NCBI GenBank assembly: GCA_963812605.1
Contig: CAWEWF010000004.1
Span: 224,001 to 288,000 of the forward strand
From: an uncultured Verrucomicrobiae bacterium
GTDB lineage: Bacteria; Verrucomicrobiota; Verrucomicrobiia; Palsa-1439
Reading direction: 5' to 3'
Length of the DNA: 64,000 nucleotides
Shown piece by piece: positions 23,267-33,410 of this stretch; position 1 is the stretch's first letter; each line of letters starts with the position of its first letter. A program made the position numbers and the translations under genes. Below the pieces are notes generated by a model that was not told the DNA's origin, searched no databases, and saw only the letters and a list, made by a program, of their open reading frames with translations.

Positions 23267-23809
23267 ATGCAAGTCACACGAGCAGGCGAATACGCGGTAA
23301 TCGGGCTGTTGTATCTGGCCAAACAACCTCCCCATCGCATGGTCATGATTGATGAAATCAGCGAGGCGGAGGATATCCCGAAAAGTTTCCTGGCGAAGAT
23401 TTTCCAGTCGCTCGCCAAAAGCGGCTTTGTCAGTTCTCACCGCGGCGCGGGCGGTGGATTCAGCCTGGCCAAACCGGCGAGGGAAATTACGTTGTTGCAG
23501 GTGCTGCAATGCGTCGAGGGGGTTTTCGCACTCCAGAAATGCGTGGCGGAAGAGCCCGAGTGCGTGGTCTCGAATACCCGGATGAGCACGTGCACGCTCT
23601 GCGCCGTGTTCAGCGAAGCGCAGAACCGCGTCAACGAAGTGTTCGCCCGCACGACCATGGCCGATCTTCTCCAACCCAAATCGCACCCCGCTCCGCCCGT
23701 CAAAGCGGCGGTCGGTGAACTGAGGCGTCATGTTTGGCAAAGTCCAGCATCCCCTCACCGAGGAGCAGGTCCGCGAAGTCCTCAAGCAGGTGAAATTCCC
23801 CGGCTTTAG
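23267..23809 (+). CDS. Rrf2-family (IscR-like) regulator; 3' end uncertain because it overlaps mrp
   Basis: MQVTRAGEYAV...IPKSFLAKIFQSL...SHRGAGGGFSLAKP; C-terminal Cys cluster (C..EC..TCTLC). Confidence 0.88.
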   Translation: MQVTRAGEYAVIGLLYLAKQPPHRMVMIDEISEAEDIPKSFLAKIFQSLAKSGFVSSHRGAGGGFSLAKPAREITLLQVLQCVEGVFALQKCVAEEPECVVSNTRMSTCTLCAVFSEAQNRVNEVFARTTMADLLQPKSHPAPPVKAAVGELRRHVWQSPASPHRGAGPRSPQAGEIPRL

Positions 23810-24818
23810 CCGCGACATCCTCAGCTTCGGCATCGTCAAATCGATCACCATCACCGAGGCGAACGACGTGGCCCTCGCGCTGCACGTGATGACGCGGGAT
23901 CCCGCCGTTCCCCAGCAGATCCAACGCGACGTGGAAACCGCGCTCAAGCAATGCGCCGGTATCGGTCGCGTGTCAATTGACATGACCGCGCAGCAGCCGC
24001 CGCAACAAGGCCAGGTTCCAATGGCCGGGGGTGGCGCCGCACCCGCGCGACCGCAGATCCTGGGAGTGAAGCACATCGTGGCTGTCGGCAGCGGCAAGGG
24101 TGGCGTCGGCAAATCCACCGTGGCGGTGAACCTCGCGTGCGCGCTCAACGGGCTCGGCCAGAAGATTGGCGTGATGGACGCGGACATTTACGGGCCCAGC
24201 GTGCCGAAGATGATGGGCGCGATGCAGCGCCCGACGATGAGCGGGGAGAAGCTCGATCCCGTCGAGAATTTCGGGCTGAAGATGATGAGCATGGCGTTTC
24301 TGCTGGATGGCAATTCCCCCGTCATCTGGCGCGGCCCGATGATCATGAAGGCGATCCAGCAGTTCAGCCACGCCGTTAATTGGGGCGAACTGGACGTGTT
24401 GGTGGTGGACCTGCCCCCAGGCACGGGCGACGCGCAGCTTTCGCTCGCCCAAACCATCGCGCTCGATGGCGGCGTCATCGTGACCACGCCGCAGGATGTG
24501 GCGCTCGAGGTCGCGCGGCGTGGCATCGCGATGTTCGAGAAGGTCAACGTGAAGATTCTCGGCATCATCGAGAACATGAGTTACTACGTCTGCCCGCATT
24601 GCGGCGAGCACGACGACATTTTTGGGCACGGCGGCGGCCAACGGGAGGCGGAGCGAATCGGCGTGCCGTTTCTCGGCGAGGTCCCACTCTTCGCCGGCAT
24701 CCGGATTTGCGGTGACAAGGGACTCCCCATCGTGGTCGCTGAACCGAAGAGCAAACCGGCCCAGGCCTTTGTAAGTTGCGCGGAATCGGTAATGGGCCAA
24801 CTCGCGAAAGCGTCATGA
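23730..24818 (+). CDS. mrp: Mrp/NBP35 Fe-S cluster carrier ATPase
   Basis: GSGKGGVGKST, DADIYGPS, WRGPM, DLPPGTGD, ENMSYYVCPHC. Confidence 0.95.
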   Translation: MFGKVQHPLTEEQVREVLKQVKFPGFSRDILSFGIVKSITITEANDVALALHVMTRDPAVPQQIQRDVETALKQCAGIGRVSIDMTAQQPPQQGQVPMAGGGAAPARPQILGVKHIVAVGSGKGGVGKSTVAVNLACALNGLGQKIGVMDADIYGPSVPKMMGAMQRPTMSGEKLDPVENFGLKMMSMAFLLDGNSPVIWRGPMIMKAIQQFSHAVNWGELDVLVVDLPPGTGDAQLSLAQTIALDGGVIVTTPQDVALEVARRGIAMFEKVNVKILGIIENMSYYVCPHCGEHDDIFGHGGGQREAERIGVPFLGEVPLFAGIRICGDKGLPIVVAEPKSKPAQAFVSCAESVMGQLAKAS

Positions 24819-25135
24819 GCCTCACCGAGCAGCAGGTTTTCACGAAACTCAAGGAATGTTACGATCCCGAACTCCCTTGCAACATCGTTGACCTGGGCCT
24901 CGTTTATAACGTTCGCTTGGAACCCGTCGCCGGGGCCGGCGACACGCGTATCGACATCCGAATGACACTGACATCGCCAAGCTGCCCGCTCTCGGCCCAA
25001 ATCTCCGCCCAGGTCCAGCGCAAGCTCCTCGAATTGCCCGGCGTCGGCGAAGCCAACGTCGAAGTCGTCTTCGACCCGCCGTGGAGTTTCGGGAAAATCT
25101 CGCCCGACGGTAAAAAACTCCTCAGCCTGCCATAA
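24815..25135 (+). CDS. sufT: DUF59/SufT metal-sulfur cluster assembly factor
   Basis: YDPELPCNIVDLGLVY, MTLTSPSCP, VFDPPWS; ATGA overlap with mrp. Confidence 0.9.
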   Translation: MSLTEQQVFTKLKECYDPELPCNIVDLGLVYNVRLEPVAGAGDTRIDIRMTLTSPSCPLSAQISAQVQRKLLELPGVGEANVEVVFDPPWSFGKISPDGKKLLSLP

Positions 25136-25492
25136 GTCGGGCGATTCCGTTGGAGATTTCTCCTCTGCCCCCTGCCGTCTTTGCCCGTTGCTTTCTGGGT
25201 TCCGTGCCGTTATTGTCACCTGCGATTCGTCATGTCGGCTGGAGCAAATACTTGGACCAGACGAAGAAATACGCCGCGCTGATCCGCGTGCCAGGTAACA
25301 TCGATCTGCATCGCGCGTTCGAAGACCAGACCTTGGAGGGCTATTTCTTCGCTGCCGTGGCTGCGGCGGGATCGTTTGCACGCCGGAGCGGGTGCTCATC
25401 CTGATCGCGCCGGAATAAACGCGGACAAACCGATCCTACCGGCTTTTGAACCGGCAAACACATTCACCACAGAACGATAACGCGACAGCATT

Positions 25493-26890
25493 ATGAAACT
25501 GACATTCTTCGGCGCGACGCGCACCGTCACCGGCTCGAAATACGTCCTGCAAGCCAACGGCAAAAACATCCTCATCGAATGCGGCCTGTACCAGGGACAC
25601 ACCGCCGAGTGGGTCGAACGGAATACTCATCTGCCATTCGACAGCTCCAAGATCGACGTGATGCTCCTGAGCCACGCGCATATCGATCATACCGGGCTCA
25701 TTCCCGTGCTGGGCCGGAGCGGTTTTCGCGGCAGGATTTTCTGCACCGACGCGACGGCGGACCTCTGCCGCGTGATGTTGATGGACAGCGCGCACATCCA
25801 GGAACAGGACGCGATATATCTCACGAAGAAAAACGCGAAAAAGGGCCTCCCGCCCGTCGAGCCGTTGTACACGCAGGCCGACACGCAGGCGGTCCTCGGA
25901 CAGTTTCAGTCCGTCAGTTCCTACAATCAACCCACGGTCGTGACGGAGGGCGTAACAGCCACCTGGCTGGATGCCGGCCACATGCTGGGGTCGGCCATGA
26001 TCGTGATCGATATCGTGGAAGGCGGCCGCAAAGTCCGGCTCGCGTTCACCGGCGATCTGGGGCGCGGCAACAGCGATATGTTGCGCAATCCCGATCATCC
26101 GCAGAACGCCGATTACCTGCTGACCGAAAGCACGTACGGCGACCGCGTGCATGAACCGCTCGCTGACGTCAATGACCGCGTCTGCGCCATCATCAAACGG
26201 GCGGTGGAGAAGAACGGCAAGATCGTCATTCCTTCGTTCGCTGTTGGGCGCACGCAACAGTTGCTCTATACGGTCTTTCAACTCGTGAAGAGCCACTGCA
26301 TCCCCGTGTTGCCGGTTTATGTGGATAGTCCGCTGTCACTCCAAGCGACGGAAGTGTTCAAGCGCCATCTGGAAGGGCTCAACCAGAATTTCCACGACCT
26401 CATGATGAACGACCAGAATCCGTTCAACACTCCGAACATCACGTATGTCCAGAGCGTTGACGAATCGAAAGCGATCAACGATTTCAAGAAGCCCTGCATT
26501 ATTATCAGCGCCTCCGGCATGGCCGAGGCCGGGCGCATCCGCCACCACATCAAGAACAACATCGAGAGTGACTGCAACACCATCCTGATTGTCGGCTGGT
26601 GCGCGCCGCACACGCTGGGCGCGCAACTCGCATCGGGCCACAAAGAGGTCAGCATTTTTGGCGATCCGTACAAGGTGCGCGCAACGGTCGAGACGATCGA
26701 TGCGTTCTCCGGGCACGCCGATAAGAATGAGCTGCGCGCCTGGGCCGAACAGGTAACGGGCCCGCTACGCGGCATCTTCGTGATTCACGGCGAAGAACCA
26801 CAGGCGCTGGCTTTCGCCGAAACGCTGCGCGGTTTATATCCGCAGGCCAACGTGCGCGCGCCGCAGTTCGCCGAGTCTGCGGAGCTTTAA
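25493..26890 (+). CDS. MBL-fold beta-CASP metallo-hydrolase (putative RNase)
   Basis: LSHAHIDHTG, AGHMLGS, ESTYGDR, IPSFAVGRTQ, SASGM, FSGHAD. Confidence 0.92.
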   Translation: MKLTFFGATRTVTGSKYVLQANGKNILIECGLYQGHTAEWVERNTHLPFDSSKIDVMLLSHAHIDHTGLIPVLGRSGFRGRIFCTDATADLCRVMLMDSAHIQEQDAIYLTKKNAKKGLPPVEPLYTQADTQAVLGQFQSVSSYNQPTVVTEGVTATWLDAGHMLGSAMIVIDIVEGGRKVRLAFTGDLGRGNSDMLRNPDHPQNADYLLTESTYGDRVHEPLADVNDRVCAIIKRAVEKNGKIVIPSFAVGRTQQLLYTVFQLVKSHCIPVLPVYVDSPLSLQATEVFKRHLEGLNQNFHDLMMNDQNPFNTPNITYVQSVDESKAINDFKKPCIIISASGMAEAGRIRHHIKNNIESDCNTILIVGWCAPHTLGAQLASGHKEVSIFGDPYKVRATVETIDAFSGHADKNELRAWAEQVTGPLRGIFVIHGEEPQALAFAETLRGLYPQANVRAPQFAESAEL

Positions 26891-26902
26891 GGCCATTGGT
26901 GC

Positions 26903-26934
26903 AAAAAAAGAACCCCGCTCCAGGCGGGGTTCTT
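26903..26934 (-). terminator. Rho-independent terminator of hup (possibly bidirectional)
   Basis: aagaaccccgc-tccag-gcggggttctt stem with a U-run on the minus strand, between convergent genes. Confidence 0.75.
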
Positions 26935-26960
26935 GTGAATCCAGGACCGTTGAACCTGGC

Positions 26961-27236
26961 TTACAGGCTCTCTTTAAGTCCCTGGCCCGCGCTAAAACGC
27001 ACGGTTTTGGAAGCTTTGATCTGAATCGACTCGCCGGTCTTGGGATTGCGGCCCATGCGCGCGGCGCGCTTGCTCACGCGGAACGTGCCGAAACCGACGA
27101 TCTGCACCGACCCGCCGGTTTGCACGCCTCTGCGGATGGAGCGCAACACAGCGTCCAGCGACCGCTCGGCCGCGGCCTTGCTAAATTCCTTCCCCAACTC
27201 TTTTTGCACAACATCAACCAACTGGGCTTTATTCAT
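26961..27236 (-). CDS. hup: DNA-binding protein HU
   Basis: MNKAQLV...VQIVGFGTF...RAARMGRNPKTGESIQI. Confidence 0.95.
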   Translation of the reverse strand: MNKAQLVDVVQKELGKEFSKAAAERSLDAVLRSIRRGVQTGGSVQIVGFGTFRVSKRAARMGRNPKTGESIQIKASKTVRFSAGQGLKESL

Positions 27237-27417
27237 GTCTTCTCCTTGCGCGAAATACTTTGGTTACCGTTCGAATCCCTAATCCCAACCCCCAACCGTC
27301 AGGCTTCTTGTGCCATAATCAGCCCGCAGCGTCAATCAAAATCACGCTTGCAGTTGAGATTGGTAACCGGCGATACAACGCGCCAACGTCCCGGGGAACG
27401 CCATCCGTTTCGAGAAA

Positions 27418-27744
27418 TCAGTCCTCCTGCTGCACGGCGGCCACGACCGCCCACGCCAGGGAAGCCGTCACGGAGAGCACCAGCAACCACGGTAAAAGCA
27501 CCTGGGAATTGAGTGACAGCAGAGCGGATACGTCGGGAGGAGACAGGCTCTCCCACGGCAGCCAGCGCATGGCCAGCGCGGAACCGATGGCCGTGATCAC
27601 CAGCAAAATCATGGGATGCAGCCGGGTACGACGGCGTTGCGGAAGGGCGGCAAGCACGCGTCCCGTGAAACCATCATCATCGATATGGGCATTCTGCTCG
27701 ACCAACAGCGCATCGAGCGGATCTTTGTCTTCAGGTCGATTCAT
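27418..27744 (-). CDS. Small two-TM putative anti-sigma factor
   Basis: DPLDALL...IDDDGFTGRVLAALP followed by 2 TM helices; overlaps the ECF sigma stop. Confidence 0.7.
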   Translation of the reverse strand: MNRPEDKDPLDALLVEQNAHIDDDGFTGRVLAALPQRRRTRLHPMILLVITAIGSALAMRWLPWESLSPPDVSALLSLNSQVLLPWLLVLSVTASLAWAVVAAVQQED

Positions 27745-28282
27745 AATCCTGGTAGCCGATCAATCGGCGTCTCAATTTCTCTTTCCCACGCAGCACATGG
27801 GTCTTCACCGTGCCGAGCGGACAATCCAAAACTTGCGCCGCCTCTTCGTGCGATAAACCGTTTTGACAGCACAACACGATTGCCGCCCGCTCGCTGGAAT
27901 GTAGCTGTTTTAACGCTTCGGTCAAGTCCAGGCGCAAATCGCCGCGGGGATCCGCGGTGGATTTCATCACGTCGGCCAGCGGTTCTTCCACGTCTTCCAA
28001 CGCCAGCTCTTTTCTCTGCCGCGCCACGGTGCGAAACTCGTTGTAGGCGATGCCGAATAACCATGTCGAGAATCGTGCGCTGCCGCGATACGTTCCCAAT
28101 TTGCGCCAGGCCTTCACAAATGTTTCCTGCGCCAGGTCATCCGCCAGATGCGCGTCACCGCGCGCCAACCGCGCCAGGAACGCGCGCACCGGCGATTGGT
28201 AGCGACGCACCAGCTCGCCGAAGGCGTGCTGGTCTTCGCGCGACAGGACACGGGCGATGAGATCGGCATCGGTGAAGGACAC
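27731..28282 (-). CDS. ECF RNA polymerase sigma factor
   Basis: AFGELVRRYQ, ADDLAQETFVKAW, FSTWLFGIAYN, EEAAQVLDCPLGTVKTHVLRG. Confidence 0.93.
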   Translation of the reverse strand: MSFTDADLIARVLSREDQHAFGELVRRYQSPVRAFLARLARGDAHLADDLAQETFVKAWRKLGTYRGSARFSTWLFGIAYNEFRTVARQRKELALEDVEEPLADVMKSTADPRGDLRLDLTEALKQLHSSERAAIVLCCQNGLSHEEAAQVLDCPLGTVKTHVLRGKEKLRRRLIGYQDYEST

Positions 28283-28285
28283 GCG

Positions 28286-28948
28286 TTATCGGGGTGGTTG
28301 ACCGTTGTTCGGATTCTTTCCTTCCACAAGCCAGACGATCAAGAACGCCACGCCGATAAACAGCACGATCCATCCAGCCCGGCTGTCTCCATGCGTGCCG
28401 CCGATCAGCAAAGCCGTACCAGTGCCCGCTAAAACCAGTCCGGGCAAAAGTCGGCTGCGTGTCCGGTTGCCAGTCGAACAGCCACTGCGCTTGCTCCTAA
28501 TCTCGGCGACTAATTCAGGAGTAATGGGCACACCCTTCTCAATCATCGCTCGCAACGTTTCATGCGCCATCTTGTTGCGGCGATGATTGAAATAGAAAAC
28601 GATGGCGACTAACGCCACGGGCAACCCAAAACTGGCAAAAATGGCAACGACGGCTTTGACCGTGGCTGCCCACGGGAAACCGTGTTCTCCGTCACCTCCG
28701 TACCCGGGCACGTTGATATCCACGGGATTCGCGCCGCCGACGTGGACGCCCGTTTCGTCAATCCGCACCGGCGGATGATCGGCGCTGGATCCGTTGGCAC
28801 TTCCCTCCGCAGTGGGAGGATTGGTCGCCGCCACCGCACTACCCGGTATATCTTCGGCGTACACGCTTACCGCCGCCCACGTGCGTACCAGCAATAGGGC
28901 GCCCAACATCATAATCACCGCGATGAATCTCTTGCATGTATTTGTCAT
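28286..28948 (-). CDS. DUF6249-like membrane protein upstream of the ECF sigma
   Basis: Signal peptide, TM, HETLRAMIEKGVPITPEL, two C-terminal TMs. Confidence 0.75.
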   Translation of the reverse strand: MTNTCKRFIAVIMMLGALLLVRTWAAVSVYAEDIPGSAVAATNPPTAEGSANGSSADHPPVRIDETGVHVGGANPVDINVPGYGGDGEHGFPWAATVKAVVAIFASFGLPVALVAIVFYFNHRRNKMAHETLRAMIEKGVPITPELVAEIRSKRSGCSTGNRTRSRLLPGLVLAGTGTALLIGGTHGDSRAGWIVLFIGVAFLIVWLVEGKNPNNGQPPR

Positions 28949-29113
28949 AAGTTTTTCCCCTCGTTCACAAGTGGGACGCGCCGAACCAGCCGTTTGGATT
29001 CAGAAATCGCACAACTCCTCTCCCGACAGGGATGGCCATTTTCGATCACAGCCTGCCCATGCTGCGGCCCCACCTTACCATAGCCGGCGATACCGGTCGA
29101 TTGAACCGTCGTT

Positions 29114-29138
29114 GGTGGCACAGGCGTCCCTGCCTGTG
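29114..29138 (+). repeat. REP-like palindrome (GTGG type)
   Basis: ggtggcacaggcgtccctgcctgtg; identical copy at 38867-38891 and a variant at 44617-44641. Confidence 0.8.
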
Positions 29139-29287
29139 GAATCATTTCCCTGTGAAATCGTTCCTCTATTGCGTGACGGACTTCTACTTTAAACCCTTTC
29201 GGAACCCGATCGCGCCCATTCCCCGCCTCGTCTGAAATCTCCAATCCCGAAATCTGCAATTCCGTTTTCGTCCGCCGCAAGCCGATT

Positions 29288-29310
29288 GTAGGGCAGGCGG
29301 CCCGCCTGCC
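29288..29310 (+). repeat. REP-like palindrome (GTAG type)
   Basis: GTAG followed by ggcaggcgg-c-ccgcctgcc hairpin. Confidence 0.65.
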
Positions 29311-29464
29311 GCCTTCCTCGTTGAACAGCCTCCCGCCTGTTTCTCTCCGACTCTTCACCAATCCCCACCTCAAAGAAATCTGGAATCAGGGCAGCGTCGG
29401 GAGTACGTTATCTCAGTCCGATCATCCGTATGACGCGGAAGACAAAGGCGATCCAGCGATTTGA

Positions 29465-30154
29465 TTGACACGTGAGATGCAACCGGAACTTTCATACTTC
29501 ATTGTGATTGTTGGACTAACTCTTGTCGTTGCAAGCTCACAATTTCCACAGAAGTGGCGTCACTTACGAAAGAAGATATGCTTGAGCCTCTTGGGGTTGT
29601 GCCTATTAAGTGCGGTTCTTTTGTTGTCGGTTAGCCTCCAGAACCGACCCTTTTTCAAAGCCGTTACGTTGGGCGACATAGAACGGGTGAGGGAGTTGCT
29701 TTCCGAAAGGCTGGCGCTGATTCAGGCTAGAACCATTTGGGAGAATGAGACGGCTCTCCATTTAGCGGCAGCTGCCGGGAGGAGTGAGATGGTAGCATTC
29801 CTTCTCCGATCAGGAGCGGATGTGAGTGCAAGAGATGCCTCGGACATTACTCCATTACATGAGGCAGCGTTTTACGGAAACACATCGGTTGCAGAAGTTT
29901 TACTGAAAGCAGGAGCAGATGTGAACGCGATCGGCTACAGGGACAAGGCTACTCCGCTCTGTGTGGCTGCCATTCATGGGAACTTGAGCATGGTCAAGCT
30001 ACTTTTGGCTAATGGAGCCCTCGTGAACGCAGCAAACAAGGATGGAAAGACTCCACTACAGTTGGCGCAGGATGAGCATCACACCGATGTGGCTGCTTTA
30101 TTGACGCCTCCTTCCAGAAGTAAGGACGAGGAAAAGTCTAGCGATCATCACTGA
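29465..30154 (+). CDS. Membrane-anchored ankyrin-repeat protein (lower GC)
   Basis: Two N-terminal TMs; ETALHLAAAAG, TPLHEAAFYG, TPLCVAAIHG, GKTPLQLA repeats. Confidence 0.88.
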   Translation: MTREMQPELSYFIVIVGLTLVVASSQFPQKWRHLRKKICLSLLGLCLLSAVLLLSVSLQNRPFFKAVTLGDIERVRELLSERLALIQARTIWENETALHLAAAAGRSEMVAFLLRSGADVSARDASDITPLHEAAFYGNTSVAEVLLKAGADVNAIGYRDKATPLCVAAIHGNLSMVKLLLANGALVNAANKDGKTPLQLAQDEHHTDVAALLTPPSRSKDEEKSSDHH

Positions 30155-30221
30155 GAAAATTGGATGAATTGGGCGATCGCCGGCATCACCAGCCCGCGCC
30201 CAAACATCCCTCTCCCTCTTG

Positions 30222-30372
30222 CAGAAAGCTTGAGTCAATTCCTGCTCGGTGTACAATCTCCGACGTGGGGATACGCATCACGATTTTGGGCAGTGGCAGC
30301 GCCGGCAATTGTACCTTGATTGAAACCGACACGACGAAACTCCTCGTCGACGCCGGGCTCAACGTCCTCTGA
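30222..30372 (+). pseudogene. Displaced promoter and first about 32 codons of the MBL hydrolase gene at 33411
   Basis: 140-bp direct repeat of 33368-33507, encoding IRITILGSGSAGNCTLIETDTTKLLVDAGL and then a stop. Confidence 0.9.
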
Positions 30373-30377
30373 AAGTT

Positions 30378-32699
30378 TTACACTTCTGCCAGTTCCGGCT
30401 TGTTGCCATCACGGTCGACTGGCTTCAAGGCAACTGCCAGGTCAAGGACCGCACGGACTTTTCGCGCAAGCTGCGACGGCGAAAATGGTTTTTCCAGAAA
30501 GGATAATCCTTCGTCGAGTACACCATGGTGAGCGAGCGCGTCGTTCGTATAACCCGACATGAGCAGCACCTTGGTTTGGGGAAGCTGGCTTTTGATTTGA
30601 TCGCAGAGCTCTTTGCCGCTCATTTGCGGCATGATCACATCCGTGAGCACCAGGTCAAATCCCAAATTCCTTCTAATCAATCCCAGCGCCTCAAAGGCAT
30701 TGTTTGCCTCCTGAACCTGATAGCCGCAATCCCGCAATATAAAGACCGCGAGTTCCCGAACCGCTGAGTCATCCTCCACAACGAGTATCGATTCTGTGCC
30801 CGTGGGCAAAGACTTTGACTCGATGTTTGCCGCAGGCTCCGGTTTCGCGTCGGTGCGCGGCAGGAATATCCGGAAAGTGGTGCCGGAGTTCGGTTCACTG
30901 TATACGCGAATGTCGCCGCCGCTCTGGCAAATAATGCCATAACAAGTCGCCAGGCCCAGGCCGGTGCCTTTGCCCAATCCCTTGGTGGTAAAAAACGGCT
31001 CGAATAAATGCGCCTGGACCTCCTCCGTCATCCCCATGCCGTTATCACTGATGGCGAGCATGACGTATTCACCGATGTCCAATGTGCGATTACGAAAGTT
31101 CGTCTGGTGGTCCAGCGTGGCGTTCGCCGTGCTGATGGTGAGCTTGCCCCCGCGTGGCATGGCGTCGCGCGCGTTGACTGCCAAATTCATGACAACTTGT
31201 TCAATCTGGCCGGGATCGGCTTTCACATGTCCAAGCGCTGCGGTGAAACTGGTGGACAGTTCAACGTCCTCCCCGATCAAGCGTCGCAACATTTTTTCCA
31301 TGCCGCCAACGACTTCGTTGAGTTGCAGCACGCGCGGCTGAAGCACCTGCTTTCGACTGAAGGCCAATAATTGACCGGTCAATGAACTGGCGCGCTCGGA
31401 CGCCTTTAGAATCTCGGCGATGTTCTTCTGCAGTGGACTGGTTTCCTCCATTTTCCGAAGAGACAGCGCGCAGTAACCTCTGATCACTGTGAGCAGATTG
31501 TTGAAATCGTGCGCGACGCCGCCGGCCAATCGACCAACCGCTTCCATTTTCTGGGATTGCTGCAACTGTTCTTCGCTGCGGCGAAGGGCCTCCTCCGCGC
31601 GCTTTGCTTCCGTGATGTCCTGGACCGTTCCGAACATCTTGAGCGGTTCGCCATGAGCGTTCACGAGGATTTCCCCGCGACCTTGCACGACCCGTTCCGT
31701 GCCGTCAGGCAAAACCACCCGGTGGTCACAAACGAACGGTTGGCGGGTTCGCAACGCCTCCGACATGATTTCGTTGACCCGTGCCAGGTCGTCGGGATGC
31801 ACCCGTTCCAGGCAGCTTTCCATCGGAGATCCAGAATCTTCTGGTTCGTATCCGTATAATCGCCGCGTTTCCTCGGACCAAGTGACTTTGTTTTCGGCGA
31901 GGTCCCACTCCCAACTTCCCAGGTGGGCGATCTGCTGCGCTTGTGCTAGCTGGGCCTGGCTGCTCCGAAGATGCGTTTCGGCTTGGCGCCGCTCGATGTT
32001 TTCCCGGGTCAAATCGGCCGTGCGCTCGGCCACTGTCTGCTCGATTCCTTCCTTCAAGGACTCCAATCGGGCCTGCCGCTCCGCCACAAGATGCATTTCG
32101 CTCAGACTTTTGCGAATGGAAATGATCAGGAACGTAACCTCGAAGATTACCCATCCCGCGTGCTCCAAGGACCGCCATATCGGGGCATTGAGCACGCCAT
32201 ACACGGATTGCGGCCAGAAGGCCCCTCGAAGAAGATGGTCCACATAGACCACGGCTGAGGCTGAGATCAGCACTTTCCAATCCCGATAGAAGGCCAGAAT
32301 CGCCAGGGAGCCAAAGACGTGAAAATGTGTTTCGATTCGCCCCCCGGTCAAATGAATCAACAGCGCCGACATCAGCATTTGTCCGATGGCGATCGCGTGG
32401 CGCGTCAGCACCTTTCCCGGTTGCAGTAGTCCCAGCAGCACCGGCACGCTGGTGACCGCGCCCCCTAACAACACGGCCGCCCACACGTGCAGGTGTATTT
32501 GGCTTTCGGTGCCGGTCCAAGTGCGCGGGGAAATCCAAACAGCCAGCGCTATTCCGAACAGCCACTGGCAGGTCATCAGGCGCGCAAAGATTTGGTCAGT
32601 GTGTTTAACAATGCTTTGCTGCTGTTCCGCGAACAGTTCGGCGGTCCGCGCGGAAATCGTGTCGGCCGGAATGCTTATTTTTTCTCCGGAGGGCTTCAT
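30378..32699 (-). CDS. Hybrid sensor histidine kinase (multi-TM RedC-like input, PAS, HisKA, HATPase, REC)
   Basis: GGRIETHFHVFGSLAILAFYRDW membrane motif; GSWEWD PAS; AGGVAHDFNNLL; FEPFFTTK..GKGTGLGL; C-terminal receiver LVLTDVIMP. Confidence 0.93.
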   Translation of the reverse strand: MKPSGEKISIPADTISARTAELFAEQQQSIVKHTDQIFARLMTCQWLFGIALAVWISPRTWTGTESQIHLHVWAAVLLGGAVTSVPVLLGLLQPGKVLTRHAIAIGQMLMSALLIHLTGGRIETHFHVFGSLAILAFYRDWKVLISASAVVYVDHLLRGAFWPQSVYGVLNAPIWRSLEHAGWVIFEVTFLIISIRKSLSEMHLVAERQARLESLKEGIEQTVAERTADLTRENIERRQAETHLRSSQAQLAQAQQIAHLGSWEWDLAENKVTWSEETRRLYGYEPEDSGSPMESCLERVHPDDLARVNEIMSEALRTRQPFVCDHRVVLPDGTERVVQGRGEILVNAHGEPLKMFGTVQDITEAKRAEEALRRSEEQLQQSQKMEAVGRLAGGVAHDFNNLLTVIRGYCALSLRKMEETSPLQKNIAEILKASERASSLTGQLLAFSRKQVLQPRVLQLNEVVGGMEKMLRRLIGEDVELSTSFTAALGHVKADPGQIEQVVMNLAVNARDAMPRGGKLTISTANATLDHQTNFRNRTLDIGEYVMLAISDNGMGMTEEVQAHLFEPFFTTKGLGKGTGLGLATCYGIICQSGGDIRVYSEPNSGTTFRIFLPRTDAKPEPAANIESKSLPTGTESILVVEDDSAVRELAVFILRDCGYQVQEANNAFEALGLIRRNLGFDLVLTDVIMPQMSGKELCDQIKSQLPQTKVLLMSGYTNDALAHHGVLDEGLSFLEKPFSPSQLARKVRAVLDLAVALKPVDRDGNKPELAEV

Positions 32700-33316
32700 C
32701 TGGCAGCTCCTTCTGGCGGGGCCTCGCGCTTCCCCAGCAAGGAACACCCGTAAACTTGCGTTTGCTTCAGCTTCGCGTCTTGTCCAGTCAGTAGCGAGAC
32801 GATCGCATTTTCTCCCGCATTGTCGCCGGCATGACCACGGCTGCCTGTGATTCCGCCCTTGAACAGCAATTGCCCGTGTGCGTCGTAGAGGAGGACATAG
32901 CCGGAAGTTTCGGCTCCAAACAGGCGTGCCTGCGCGCCGTCGAGATCTTCATGTACCGCAACCCCCGGAATGGCCGCCGCGTTTCGCCACAAATCAGTTC
33001 GTGTCCAATCACCAGAAAATTTGCCGCGCTTGAAGAACAGCACCTGTGCGTCGACTCTTCCTTGAGATCGAGCCAGCAGCCGGTTCAATTCTTCGAGGCT
33101 GGCCCGCGTGCAGGGACATTGGGGATGAACGAACATGATCAAGGTATCACGGTTGCGATCCAACATTATCTGGGCTCCCAACGGCCAATGCTGCGGCGTG
33201 ATGCCGACGCGCCCGCTGACGTTCTGGTAATTCAAAATTACGGCGAAGCCGGCTCCGACTCCGAGGAGCCATAGCGCGCAAAGGCCAATTTGAATGGGCA
33301 AAACGCGTACCACCAT
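32696..33316 (-). CDS. RedB-like membrane-anchored thioredoxin-fold protein
   Basis: N-terminal TM, MFVHPQCPCTRAS, FGAETSG, GGITGSRGHAGDN, VYGCSL; ATGA-coupled to the kinase. Confidence 0.75.
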   Translation of the reverse strand: MVVRVLPIQIGLCALWLLGVGAGFAVILNYQNVSGRVGITPQHWPLGAQIMLDRNRDTLIMFVHPQCPCTRASLEELNRLLARSQGRVDAQVLFFKRGKFSGDWTRTDLWRNAAAIPGVAVHEDLDGAQARLFGAETSGYVLLYDAHGQLLFKGGITGSRGHAGDNAGENAIVSLLTGQDAKLKQTQVYGCSLLGKREAPPEGAAR

Positions 33317-33410
33317 TAACAGAAATCAGCACGCATCGTGCCACCGGCTGAAAGTGTCTTCCCCTCTCAGAAAGCTTGAGTCAATTCATGCTCGGTGTAC
33401 AATCCCCGGT

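Noticed and set aside
23700-23809. 80-bp Rrf2/mrp overlap as a regulatory feature
   Set aside because: The tail after the Rrf2 domain looks non-conserved, and an indel hiding a stop near 23721 is plausible at this error rate.
25150-25404. 84-aa ORF between sufT and the beta-CASP gene
   Set aside because: TTG start and no recognisable motif; it may be a remnant but cannot be assigned.
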